This document shows, one piece after another, positions 12,657 to 25,860 of a stretch of 64,000 nucleotides of DNA (positions are counted from its first letter, which is position 1; the number at the start of each line of letters is the position of its first letter). The notes below the pieces were generated by a model. That model was given only the letters and a program-made list of their open reading frames with translations, did not search any database and was not told the DNA's origin. The position numbers were made by a program, and so were the translations under genes. This stretch comes from Selaginella moellendorffii (taxonomy: Eukaryota > Plantae > Lycopodiophyta). The stretch lies in NCBI RefSeq assembly GCF_000143415.4, contig NW_003314270.1, forward strand, positions 395,961 to 459,960, read 5' to 3'.

Positions 12657-14494
12657 TCAATGACCTGTAAGATGACCGTTCTTACAGGTGGTCCTTCCGT
12701 GCAAGAGTCAAGAACAAGTTGATACATTTTAACACGAAAATATCTGGATGCATAATGTCATTCGACGTTGTTGATGTCTAGGGAACAGAGATCAGAATTA
12801 TTGGTTCCGACAATTGTGCCTTGGTTTTGTCAAATAAGATTGTATAGGGTACAGTGTATTCATTTTCTGGTAGTGGTGGAATACGACGTTCCAATTAGGC
12901 ATACACACCATTTGAAGTGACATGGGAGATTCAGGCTAATAAAGGTATGGAGTTTACAGCCCTGGATGAGGATGCAACATTCCCAGGAATTGTCTTGGAA
13001 AAAACAAGCATCTTAGATGGTGTCAGAAGGAAAGGGACTCTTTTGTCAATGTGGTTGGTATCATAATATGGATTGCTACAATTTTTGTAACATCTCATGA
13101 CAATGGATCTTTTGTGAAGAAGAGAACATTGTGTCTAGGTGATGATTCAAGCCACAGTGTTGGTCTATGTCTCTGGGATTTAAAAGCAGAAGAAAGCGGG
13201 CTCATATATATAGGAGCCGATAGAGAGTGGAGTTCAGCCAATAATATGTGTCTAAGGGTGGAAAGGTATTAGACTACAGTGGTAAATCACTTTTAGCAAT
13301 TGGTGTGAATACCATTCTTATTGAACTGGAAATGGAAGTAGTAGCTGATTTGAGAGAATGGATGACATTGTACTACAATGTCACTAACTTCATACATTTA
13401 AGCACTTCATCATCCAGACAGATTATTAGCTGCACCACTACTTTATTAGAGATATCAAACATGAAGCTAAAGGTGTTAGAGAATTCCCCTATTTATAGAG
13501 TGATAGCTATTGTGAAGGAAATGAAGACAGATGAGTTTTACTATAATGCTTGTATTAATGTCATGAATGCATGGCAATATGGCAAAAAAACTACCCAAAC
13601 AGTAGATGGCTGGTTCTATAGTTATTGAGTCTGCCAACATGGTATTCAAGTATGCTCTAAAGATGTGCATCAAAGATAATAACAATCATGTGTGGGCCAT
13701 TGCATTTCAAGAGGCTGCACAGGAAATAGTGGGAATGCAGGCAAAGGAACTAGCTACAATGAGAGATGAGAACTATCCTGCATTCTCACTACATATTGAT
13801 GGTATATGCTTGAAGATTTACAATTTCAAAATCTGGAGCAAGCTTGAAAAATACCAAGACATGGAGAAGTTCAGGTTCTATATACTCTGACTTGACACCT
13901 AAGATATGCAGATTCCATTCTAATCTTTTACATGTTTTTGATATATTTATCTGTGTTTTGTTTTGTAGTTACATGGAACTTGCAAAAATAAATAAATAAA
14001 ACACACCTCCTAGCAAACATTAGCTCTATTTGATGGTTATTTGTAGCAAGAAAGGAATGTTAGGATACAAAAACTAAAAAGGGAAAGAGCAACAATGCAT
14101 GATTCTCAAGTGGACAATAAATGACAAGTACATCAACAGTATCAAAATTTAGTATGTTATAATCAACAAACACATAGTCCCCCAATAAATACAATTATTT
14201 ATACTTCAACACTCATTGCTTGCAAATGCAAAACAAGCCATTCATTACCAAAAATCCCATTACCATGCCATCTCATTAACTGCTCTTACTTCCCAAATGC
14301 CCAAATAATATACCAAATTGAGAAATGTGATTAAGCCACCTCATCATGTGTTGAATAATCATTTTAAGCTTTGAGTCTAAGCCTATATTATTCTATTCCA
14401 GTAAACTGTTTAAGAAATAGTGTTTAGTTGCAATCATAAAGGAAGTAAAAACTAAATAAACCAAATGCTTGTTACATATTGAAGAGCTTAAGCA

Positions 14495-14497
<3 letters not shown>

Positions 14498-14557
<60 letters not shown>

Positions 14558-14598
14558 GTGTGTATATCTCTCTGTATTTGTCTATATATATATATATA
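14498..14598. repeat. (TA)n microsatellite abutting the family D LTR
   Basis: Seen directly in the sequence. Confidence 0.95.
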
Positions 14599-17500
14599 CA
14601 TGTGTGTGTGGAATATAGAAAGGGAATGTAGAAAATATGCATATCAATTAACCCAAAAACTCTAGCTTATATACAAGAGCGAGTGGTCCAAATTGAAACT
14701 AATCCGATGGCTACTAAAATCCTACTATGCTAATATTAATATACGGCATCGTAGCTATACACTTGGTCCTCACATCATCCCCTTTTGGAATAATGGAAGA
14801 CCATCAAGGTTCTCTTGTAGATGGACTGGGATCTAGAGGAATATCAGAAGGAGTCATCAATGGATTTGTAGGTGGTATTAATTGCTCCTGACCCGTATAA
14901 AGCATTTCAATCGCTGCACATGCACAATCTCTGGAGGATTGGCCTGCTAGACGTCATGCCAAACCTCATAAACTTGTGGTCACACTTGCCGCAACACTTG
15001 ATACAGTCCCTTCCACTGAGCAAGGAGCCCCTTAGATAAACCATATACCGTAAGATGGGGAAAATGGACTAACATTAAATCATCCACTTTGTACTTTGCA
15101 GGTGGACAATGATGGGAGTTGTAGTGCCGTTGTTGTCCCACTTGTACATGGCCTAAGTGTTCGGCAGACTCTGTTAAGACAAGTGGAAAAATGCTTGTTA
15201 AATATTGATCCCATGACCTAGCATTGGCAGCTTATGACAATTGCAAAGGTAAACCCAGCTCCGTTGGTAATATTGGATCATGACTATATAGGAGTTTATA
15301 TGGTGAAGCACTAACAAAACTCTACACCCTTGTGACATATACATACTGAAGAGAAGGCAAATAACCATCCTAATCCAAATGTTGAAAGTTCACATACTTC
15401 ACGATTATCCCTTTGAACATCCAAATGAGCCGTTCCACCAGACTATCTGATTGTGGATGATAAGCACTTGTGAAAGTGTGGCATATCCCCAATTGAGATG
15501 TCAAAACATGAAATGCCTCAGCCATAAATGCGGGACCATTATCCGAAAAAATCCACTTTGGACAAGAATGCTGGAACACCACTCAATTGAGGAGGAAGTA
15601 TCTAATAGAAGTTATAGAAGCACTAGCAAGAGCACCGACTTCTACCCAATGAGTCAAGTAGTTAGAAGCAGTAATAATATACTCATTGCTAGCAATCGAC
15701 CATGGAAAAGGTCTTATAAGATAAAATGCCACCAACTCAAATGGATGGGAAAATCCAATTGACTCCAACTGTCCTTTGGCAGCACAAGGGGGAGTATTAT
15801 GAGTTTGGCACCAAACGCAGCTACACACATACTGGATAATATCACGTCGCATCTTCGGCCGATAGAAAGATCTATACAGTTTCTCAGTTACATAACGATG
15901 TTCCATATGCCCACTTAGAACAGGAGAATCATGGTAGGGATGGAGAAACTGTGGAATAAAAACAAAAGGCACCACCAACTGTAAATGATCATTAGGATCT
16001 ATCCCCACAAAATAAAGAAGGCTGTTTTCAAGGCAATATTGAGAATGTAAATGCCGGAAAGGCAAGTCATTAGCATGATGCAGAATTCTTAAACCTATCT
16101 TGAAGCCTTCGAATCTACAGCTCAATCTTTTGAGCCTCGCGAACCTCATCAAGAGAAGGTAGATCTTGCTCTGTGCCTTGTGGACATTGAACATCAAGTA
16201 CAACAGCCGCTAATGGCATAGAATTCTCATCTAAAAAATCCATAGATGCTAGAACAATAAGCTCGTCAGAAATATAATAAAAGAGTGGAGAAGGAAGAGG
16301 AACTTAAGAAAGGGCATCAACATCAGCTATAAAACTCCCTAGGTGATGAACAACATCAAAATCATATATTTGAAGCTTCAAAGCCCACCAAGCAGTACGA
16401 CCAACCAATTTCTTTCGCTTCAATAATGAAGTAACTATAATATGGTCACCTTCAAGTAACATTCGAGAACTATGTAGATATGCATGAAGTTTCTCAAAAC
16501 CCCAGACTACTATTAAACACTCCTCTGTTGTGGAGTAGTTCACCTCTGTTAGTTATAATGTACAGCTTATATATACAATGGGATGGCACTAACCAAACAC
16601 ATTCAAGCTCTTTTGCATCAACACACCTTCAAAATCAATATCAAAAGCATCCATACGCAAAATAAAAGGTCGAGTGTAGTTAGGATATGCCAAAACTGGA
16701 GGAGTCATCAATATCTCTTTGAGATCCACAAATGCCCACTCACAATTTGAAGACCAGATGAAAGATGATGTTGATGACTTCAGCAACGCTTGCAACAGTG
16801 CAATGCAATCAAAAAGATGATCCACAAAATGACCAAGATATTGCACCTTGCCCAAAAAGTGTTACACATCATTCACACACTTTGGAGTAGGGAACTTTAG
16901 AACAACCATAATTTTGTCAAGATCGACTTGCAAACCCTTACGAGAAATATGGTACCCAAGATAAGTTATGTCCTTAGACCCAAACATGCACTTCGACCGC
17001 TTCAACTTTAAACCAACATCTCGTAGCTAATCCAACACTTTACAAACATCATGAATGTGCTCCTCCCACATCCCCTTCGAGTGGATCAAGACATCATCAA
17101 TGAAGTCAGTAGTCACCTCTAGCATATCGCAAAGAACCTCGTCCATCATCCGCTAGAAAGTTGCTGGAGCATTGTTCAAACCAAATGGCATCACCAAGAA
17201 CTCGTACAAACTAAATGGTGTACAAAAAACAATCTTAAAAATATCTTCTTTGGCCATCGGTATTTGCTAGTACCTAGAAGCAAAATCTAGCTTGGTGAAC
17301 CAACAACTTTGCCCCAGACGATCCAAGAGATTAGCAGTGTGAGGAAGGGTACACATCTGGGATTGTTACTTTGTTTAATGGATGATAGTCAATGCAGAAA
17401 CAAACACTCCCATCAGGCTTTCTTACAAGATGAGGTTCACATGCCCAAGGACTCCATAACTTCTGACTAACACCCTTCTCTAACATCTCTTTGACATTTG

Positions 17501-17982
17501 CATGTAAAATCTTGATATCTTTGGGTGATCGACAATGAACAGGAACTTTGATTGGATGAACATCCCCGGTTGGAATCGGATGACATGTGGCAATTTTGGC
17601 CCCAGACAATAAGTCAAATTCAAAAAGATCAAAATACTCCTTCATGAGTCGATCAACCACTGCAACACAAAAATTGTTGGAAGGATCGAAAAAGGGAAGA
17701 ACAAAATAAGATGGAAACATAGGAGGAAATAATGGGGGGACAAAGGTAATGGAAACAAAGGTAGAAGTAAAGGGACGAAGAATACAAAAGTGAGAGGAAT
17801 GGATGAAACATAAGGAAGTATGACACAAGGGGGAGAAGCCTCAAAGTCACAGTTGGCATGATTGTGTTGCAACCAATCCATACCAAGGATGAGGTTAAAA
17901 GCTTGACTCAACACCACCCGCAATAACTGCAACTCAAGCTCAAGATCGCCCACACGTACAACCAAGTCCACCTCATCTTGTG
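14599..17982 (-). mobile_element. Decayed Ty3/gypsy retrotransposon family D: protease-RT-RNaseH-integrase, PPT and ~175-bp 3' LTR
   Basis: Minus-strand fragments LILGMDWL (PR), SPWA..LVRKPDGSVCFCIDYHPLNKVT (RT), LAYPNYTRPFIL..DA and NYSTTEECL..VVW (RH), HDSPVLSGH...CVWCQ and IFSDNGPAF...AYHPQSDSLVER (IN). PPT AAAAGGGGATGA precedes the LTR at 14774-14599. Many stops. The 5' part is cut by a family B LTR. Confidence 0.9.
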
Positions 17983-20900
17983 CGTAAGCGACTAAATTTT
18001 CCATTCTACTTTAGTCACTTAACCACACCTCTAACCACTTGGAGGAGTATCACTCACAACCCCATAAGTCCTATTCCGGACTTGGGGCTTTCTAGCCTTG
18101 AGAATGGCATTTCTGCCACTCAACCTTTGCACTTGGTCCAAATGCTCCATGTGTTCGATCCCATGACCGACACCCCAACGTACCACTGACATATTAACCT
18201 GTTATGCTAAGGCCATGCCCATTCACCTTGATCACACCGGTGGTCCAACACCACCTGCATCACAGTCCCAACTCTTAAAGACTGGGCCATCCGTCCCTAA
18301 GTGATCATCTAAGATCCACTCCTTAGCATTCTTAGGATGCCCGCAACCATGGGGAACACCTTCCCCAATATCCCTTTTACAGTCCTCACCAAGTCCCTTT
18401 TCTGTTTGTGGCCGTGTTCGCCAACACTGCCACTGGGACAAGGCCCACAGGCCCAACCACTAAGTCCCACTATCCTCTAAGACTTCTTCATCACATGACT
18501 GTATCCTTGGTCACCACACCAGAGGATTTTTCCTCTTCCTTTCCATAGTCTGGGACTTTGGGACAACATTTCGGAACACCGTGGCCCTACACGAGCTTCA
18601 TGGGTACTCTCCCCACCTTTTGCCTTTGGGTGCTCTAGCCATGGGCTTAGAACGAGGTTCCGTTAAGCCACACAAGGTATCCAAGTAGGTAGTGCCACTT
18701 GCGCTTGGATTGGGAGCATTGACCATTCGATCTCCTGGGGGAACTAGAGCCGACTCTTGAATACTTCACCAAGTTATCGTGCTTGTTAGTCTGTATTCAC
18801 TCTAGCCTTGGACTTCCCAGTGGTTATCTCATCATCCAACACCTGGGTACAGCCTTCCTAGACCAAACTGGCCTTTCTTGGCCAAACTGGCTCCACTGGG
18901 GTCCAACCCCCATACTTTCCCTACTATCCTACTTATACTTTTGGAACCCCTTGCAACCCCCCCCCCCCCCCCCCCCCCCCCGAGGGATGATCACTTTGGG
19001 CTTTCACCCAATAGCCTGTATTAGTATTCAGACTCGAACTTGAACTCAAACTTGAACTCAAACTTGAACTCGGTCTCAGTCTTGGTTTCGAACTCGAACT
19101 CGGTCTCAGCCTCGGTTCCATCTCGGACTCCATCTTATTGTAAGCAACCAAAGAGAACGACTCGAGAAACGGTCTATGGGGTTCAAATATAGAGAGAAAG
19201 GGCCTATGAACAAGAGTGCACCCCCTTTTCCAATCAGTTAAGGGTCTTGGGATATTTAGGGTTAAACATCCTTGGGTGTGATGGGTGACCTCTCGGGAAG
19301 TCCAAACTCAGGAGCTTACATTTGGTATCAGAGAGGTCTCGGGTCCGACTCTATTGGTTGGCTAGGGGAATCGCACCACATGTTGATTGACATCTGGCTG
19401 GTCCATTTTGCTCCCGCTGGGCTCGACTCGAGGGGTAGGGTGTCAAGAGAGCAAGGCTCTCGGGAGAGCTGCGGCTCTTAGCTTCCATTCACGAGGGCAT
19501 GAACTTGCAGGGAAGCGTGGTGGATTGTAAGCAACCAAAGAGAACGACTCGAGAGATGGTCCATGGGGTTCAAATATAGAGAGAAAGGGCCCATGAACAA
19601 GAGTGCACCCCCTTTTCCAATCGGTTAAGGGTCTTGGGATATTTGGGGTTAAGTGTCCTTGGGTGTGAATAGTACTAGACTGGGTGACCTTCCGAGAAGT
19701 CCAAACTCAGGAGCTTACACTGATGTCCATCTTAGACTCCATCTCAGACTCCATCTCGGGTCCATTTCGGACTCCATCTAGGGTCCATCTCAAACTCCAG
19801 CTCGGACTCCTTCATTGAGAGTTCCACTCCTGCTCTCGACTTTTTAAATTGAAGCTTTTAGTCCAAATGTGTTATGCTCATTTGGCTTTCACTTTGGCCA
19901 CTACCATGTGGCATCCTTTCAGCTCCACTTTGAGGCTTTGGGATTTATGTTTCACAACACCACCACCTATAGACGAAGTTCGATGTCCTCATCGAACAAT
20001 AAACTATTTTATAAAGTAATACTAGCATGTATTACCCTTTTCATCCTTGGCACCTAGTCAATATTCGTCAATGGTTTGATCACTATGCCTTGTTCATCCT
20101 TTAAGGAGCATAGTCTCTCCGACATAGAGACTGATTTGACCACCCGTGGTGGTTCTCTCCCCTTTATTGGTTTAGTTTTCACTAAACTTGTTAGAGACAC
20201 TTTCTCTTTCTCAATCCTACTACTCATTCTCGAGTAGTCTTGGTTTCCATTTATATAACCTTTGCACTTTGGAACTTTTAATTTTGACTTTTCGAAGTCA
20301 ATTTCCTGGGTGTCTCCGACACCTTGCACCTTTCACTTTGCCAAATTGGAACACTTGGGAATCCATCCTTGGAAGTACACTTCCTTTCCCACAATCTATT
20401 AGCATTTAATACATTAATGTTCTTTAGCTAACTTTGCCCTTTGGATTCCTTCCAATGAATCCCATGGCCCAAACTTGGCCACTAGTTTTTTGCTCCTCTC
20501 CGTTGATTGTTACACCAAGCAGTATAGGCTCACTACCTCCATCCTTAAGGTATTCTTTTAGTTCTATGGCAAAGGCTCCATTTTACTAAGTCTAGAGGGT
20601 GCTCACCCTTAGTAAGTCTTTTTAGCATTCTCTACTATAGGCACTATCCATAACCCAACTTTGCGACCCTTTCATGGGTCTTTCCTAGAGACTACTTTCT
20701 TAGATTTATTATACCATCACATTAACACCAATGATTTCCCTTTTTGGTGTCTTTCTCACTTGGTCACTTTGACCAAGTCACACCATTACCAATAGTTCAA
20801 ATCATCACTTTGAACTAGGAATGTTATTCCTTAACCAAACAAAGACTTTGTCCTTATTTAGCCACAAAATCACCTAATGATCTCACTTTGGTCACCTTAA

Positions 20901-21395
20901 CAGATTTGTCAATAAGTATTAAGTCTTCCAGACATTTAACTTGTTGACCATGACCTCGAGGGCATCCCCTACACTTGGCAGTGCACCCAAGCTAGCCCTT
21001 CCGGCCAAGGGTTCATAGCAACTTAAACTGGGTGTCCCCATCTCATTCACGTCTTTCTTGCACCAAAGTGTTCAAGTTAAATATGCTAAGCCACACTAAG
21101 TAATTTAACCATGCATCACAACTTTGGGGCATCCCTTGCTTGGCAGTGTGCCCAAATTAGTTTCCTTCCTGAGAGTCCATGACCACCGAAAAATGAGTGT
21201 CATATTCCAAACCATCACCACGCTCTAGTGAGTTGGGACTCAAACCCAAGCACTAGAGGGTTGGGACTCAAACTCAACTTTCGTATATGCATCTACGGAA
21301 GGCATCACCCAGGATGCCTCGCGTGACTCCTCACGCTGGTGCACCAATATATATTTAAAGCGCCCTATAGATTACAACTTAGGAACTTAATTCTT
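17983..21395 (-). mobile_element. Family B LARD, minus strand: 3' LTR (17983-19956, hosting a Cassandra) plus part of the internal region
   Basis: Reverse complement of the intact B copy. PPT ATAGGTGGTGGTGT at ~19957-19970. A further minus-strand internal piece resumes at 25368-25565. Confidence 0.85.
19139..19719 (+). mobile_element. Complete Cassandra TRIM (581 bp) with 5S rRNA-derived LTRs
   Basis: LTRs 19139-19320 and 19526-19719 (TGTAAG...CTTACA), tRNA-Met PBS TGGTATCAGAG, purine-rich tract before LTR2, TSD CTTAT/CTGAT. 5S-like GGTTAAGTGTCCTTGGG...TAGTACTAGACTGGGTGACC..CGAGAAGTCC. Confidence 0.92.
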
Positions 21396-24300
21396 AATTG
21401 GACAAAGCCAAAATGGAATTTTGCCAAGGCTAATGATGGGCATATAAAAGCCTATGAGTGGCAACATTAATCCCGGTGTGTGGGATTATAAGTTGAGCAT
21501 ACCCAGATTGAGGAACCACTCCCTAGGCTATCAGGTAGGTTCATCCCTAAAAATACTTGCTACGGCATAGTAGAAAGTGCAAAACTATTCTTCTAATCTG
21601 GAGGAGAATAATCGAAGGTGTGAGGCCAAAAGCAAATAGTAAGGGAATAGAACCAAACCATAAAAATTGAATTGCATAACCAAGGGTGGTTATGCCAGTT
21701 GGGAGTGGAAAATCAAGTGGGTGCTCAAGCATGTTGTTACTAACAACCGTGATACCATGGAGAGTCTAAAACATGGAATTATCCATGTTAAACCATATGG
21801 CAATTTAAAAACTTGCAAAAGAGAGGCCTTAGTAAGCTAAGGGACAGAGTTTCTTCAAAGGTTCCCAAAGACAATTCTAGGTAACTTAGTACCTAAAAAG
21901 TCAAGTGTAAATGGTTCATAGAATGTGTGAAATCAGAGTGGCACAGCAAAAGCATGGCCTTAAATCTTGCCATAACGCAATGCTATCAAAGTTGGGGAAG
22001 CAGTTCCCAAGTGCTCAAAGGGATGGCTTTGAATGAAAGTCGATGGTCGAGGACTTTTACGCTTGTGCATGAAACCATGTTACGTTGATCAGATGACTTG
22101 CTAAGTAAGATTGGCAAGTCAAGGAAACAAATCCCCTAGTTGAAGGTGCCAACTTCAAAAGGGGTGGCCCATGGGGCCAAGCATGGAGGAGTTCATGCAT
22201 GATCATAGACCTGTCAAGTGAGAGGACTTGGCAGTGCAAAGGAACTAGGTTCCTAAGCTGTGATTTGTAGCGCATTTAACTATAAGTTAGTGCACCAGCA
22301 TAGGGAGTCACGCTAGGCATCTTGGATGATGCCTTCCATAGATGCATATACGGAGGTTGGGTTCGAGTCCCAACCCTTTAGTGCTTGGGTTTGAGTCCCA
22401 ACTCACTAGGGTGCAGTGATGGTTTGAAATATGAGGACACTCATTTTTCGGTGGTCATGGACTCTCAGTAATGAGACTGGCTTGGGCACACTGCCAAATG
22501 GGGGATGCCCCAGAGTCATGATGCACAGTTAGATTGCTTAGTGTGGCTCGGTATATCTAACTTGAACACTTTGGTGCGAGTGGCACCAAGGATGTGGTGA
22601 ATGAGATGGGGACACCCAGTCTCAGTTGCTATGGACCCTTAGCCGGAAGGGTTGGCTTGGGTGCACTGCCAAGTGTGGGGGATGCCCCTGGGGTTATGGT
22701 GAACAAGTTAAAAGTCTAGAAGACGCAAACTTGTTAAGGTGTCAAGGTTAGATCACTAAGTGATCTCATGGCTAAAACAAGGATAAGGTCTTTATGAGGT
22801 TAAGGGATAAAGTTCCTAGTTCAAAGTGTTGATTTGAACTATTGATGATGGTGTGGCTTGGTCAAGGTGACCAAGTGGGAAGAACACATAAGGGAAATGA
22901 TCTGTGACAATGCGATGGCATAATGAGTCCAAAGAAAAGTGTCTCTATAAGAAACCCATGGGAGGGTCACAAAGTTGGGCTAGGGATAGAGCCCATAGTA
23001 GAAAATGCTAAAGAGACGTACTAAGGGTGAACACCCTCTGGACTTGGCAAAGCAAAGTCTTTCCTATAGAACCGAAAGGATACCTCGAGAATGGAGGTAG
23101 CGATCCGATGTTGCTAGGTGCAACAATCAAGTATAGGAGCAAAAGACTAGTGGCTAAGAAAAAAGTCATGGGAGTCTTGGGAAAGAATCCAAAAAGGCAA
23201 AGTTAAGCCAAGAACACTAATGTGTTGAGTGCTAACAAATTGTGGGAAAGGCAATGTGTCTCCAAGGATGAATTTCCAATTGCTCCAATTTGGCAAAAGC
23301 AGAAACCCCAAGACAGAGAGTGGTAAAGTAGCCAAATAATAAGGCCATGGACAACCTTAACACAAATTATGATAATTAGAACTTAGTGCCCAAAGTGGTA
23401 CAAAATAGAAAAAAGGATGATGATGCCCTCAAGTAAAGAACTTCTTAGGATGGGGAAGTGGAGTTGCACAATATGTGCAATGCAAGGTGTTGAAAACACC
23501 TAAGAAATTGATTTCAAGAAGTCAAAAGTAAAAGTTCTAAAGTGCAAAGGTTATATCAATGGAAACTAAGACTACTCAAGAAGAAGTAGTGGGATTGAGA
23601 TGGAGACGGTGTCTCTAACAAGTTTAGTGAGAACTAAACCAACAAAAGGAGAGAACTATCACAAATGGTCCAATCAATCTCTAAGTTGGAGAGATTATTC
23701 TCCTTAGAGGATGGGCAAGGCATGGTGAGCCTTCGATATCAAATCATTGACAAATATTGGCAAGGTGCCAAGAATGGAAAGGGTAATACATGTTGGTATT
23801 ACTTTATAAAATAGTTTATCGTTCGATAAGGACATCAAACTTCGTCTATAGGTGGTGGAGTTGTGAAACACAAAATCCTTAGGCCCCAAAGTGGAGCTGG
23901 AAAGGTGCCATGTGGTAGTAGCCGAAGCAAAAGCTATACGAGTGTAACATGTTTGGACCAAAAGCTCTAACTTGAAAGGTTGAGAGCGGGAATGGAACTC
24001 TTAACGAAGTGCTTGAGGAACAAGCACGAAGTGAGTGATAAGTGAGTCTCTAGAAAAGGGACACGAGATGGACCCGAGATGGACCCGAGATGGAGTCTGA
24101 GATGGAGTCCGAGATGGACCCGAGATGGAGTCCAAGATGGACTCGAGATGGAGTTCGAGATGGACCCGAGGTGGAGTCCGAGATGAAGTTCGAGATGGAC
24201 CCGAGATGGAGTCTGAGATGAACCCGAGATGGAGTCTGAGATGGAGTTTGAGATGGAGTCTGAGATGGAGTCCGAGATGGAACCGAGACTGAGACCGAGA

Positions 24301-25367
24301 CTAAGTCCGAGTCTGAAATCGAGACCGAGATCAAGTCCGAATACTAATACAGGCTATTGGGTGAAAGCCCAAAGCAATCATCCCCTAAGGGGAGGGGCGG
24401 GGGGGGGGGGTTTCCAAAGTATAGTAAGGAGAGTGTGGGGGTTGGAGCCCAGTGGAGCCAGTTTGGCCAAGAAAGGCTAGTTTGGCCCAGGAAGGTTGTA
24501 CCCAGGTGTTGGGTGATGAGCTGACCATTGGGAAGTCCAAGACTAGAGTGAATAGGGACCGACAAACAGGGTAACTTGGTGAAGTGTTCAAAAGCCAACT
24601 CTAGTTCCCCTAGGAGATTATATGGTCAATGCTCCCAGTCCAAGTGTGGGTGGCACTACCTACTTGGATACCTGGCGTGGCTCAACAGAACCTCACTCTA
24701 AGCCCATGGCTAAAGCACCCAAAGGTGGAAAGCGGGGAGAGTACCCATGAGGCTCACGTAGGGCCACAGTGTTCCGAAATGTTGTCCCAAAGGCCCAGAC
24801 TGTGGAAAGGAAGAGGAGTAGTCCTCTGGTGTAGTGACCAAGGATACAGTCGTGTGGTGAGGAAGTCCCAGAGGACCGTGGGACTTAGTGGTCGGGCCTG
24901 TGGGCCTCGATTTAGTGGCAGTGTTGGCAAATACGGCCATAGGCAGAAAGGGACTTGGTGGGGACCGGAAAAGGGATATTGGGGAAAGCTATTCCCCATA
25001 TCTGCAAGCATCCTAAGGATACTAAGAAGTGGATCTGGGATGATCACTCATGGATGGATGGCTCAGTCTTTGAGAGGTGGGACTATGATGTAGGTGGTGT
25101 TAGATCACTGGTGTGACCAAGGTGAATGGGCATGGCCTTAACATAACGAGCTGATATGTTGGTGGTACCTTGCGATGTCGGTTATGGGATCGGACATATG
25201 GAGCACTTGAACCAAGTGCAATGGTTGAGTGGCATGGATACCAATCTTGGGGCTAGCAAGTCCCTAAGTCCAAAAAAAGATTTACGGAGGTTGTGAGTGA
25301 AACTCCTCCAAATGGTCAGAGGTGTGGTTAAGTGACTAAAATAGAATGGAAAATTTGGTTGCTTATA
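21396..25367 (+). mobile_element. Family B LARD, plus strand, 5'-truncated (internal region plus 3' LTR 23862-25367)
   Basis: Collinear with ~32685-36921. PPT ATAGGTGGTGGAGT followed by TGTGAAACACAAAATCC. Confidence 0.87.
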
Positions 25368-25589
25368 TATTCGCTAGGAACTTAGTCCCTTGGGCCTTAT
25401 TTAATGCCCTCATAATACTAAACACCACTTCCTGGTGTTTTAGAGTGTTTGGGTGTTCTAATGATGGCTTTTTTTAAGAATGAGCATTCCTTTCATGACA
25501 TGGACTTACTATATCGCAATATAAGTAATTTATCCCCTATAAGGGTATTTCTAACTTCCTTATCCCAATAAGAAATCTTAAGTAATTAA

Positions 25590-25860
25590 TGATATCAACT
25601 AATGAAGTGGAGTACTTGGCAGCTATCAGTGTCATGAAGTTGGCAATAAATCTCAAGTTTATATGAGCCACTTTCATTGGAGATGCACAACTTATCATAC
25701 GCCAACTTACTGGAGAATACCAGGTTTGCAAAGAGAACCTGAAAAAGCTATAACAATGTGCAGTCAACCTAAAGGATGAGTTCTCTCATGTGACGTTTCA
25801 AAGTGTCCATCATAAAGAAAACTTTTGGGCATACAAATTATCACATCAAGTAATCACCAC
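25590..25860 (+). pseudogene. RNase HI fragment of the archaeal/Tat-aRH type
   Basis: TNEVEYLAAISVMKLAINL...FIGDAQLIIRQLTGEYQV...EFSHVTFQSVHHKENFWAYKLS matches the TNNxAEY...GDSQLV..Q..GEY...HVPRExN.AD.L pattern. Contains stops. Confidence 0.7.

Larger units (their letters stand above)
10780..13890 (+). pseudogene. Replication protein A 70-kDa subunit (RPA1/RPA70)-like pseudogene, interrupted by solo LTRs; possibly Helitron-borne
   Basis: N-terminal OB-fold-like segment LVLCVTNID...FSVTDD..LEAIAS...NSFVKFLDY (~10780-11020). Putative intron ~11156-11290. Then IKEISDL...RWSFRARVKNK...SFDVVD..GTEIRI (DBD-A), VVGII...KKRTLCLGDDSSHSVGLCLW...DYSGKSL (DBD-B), FYYNAC...KK...YALKMCIKD..VWAIAFQEAAQEIVGM...YNFKI (DBD-C). 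Several stops and frameshifts. Confidence 0.8.
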
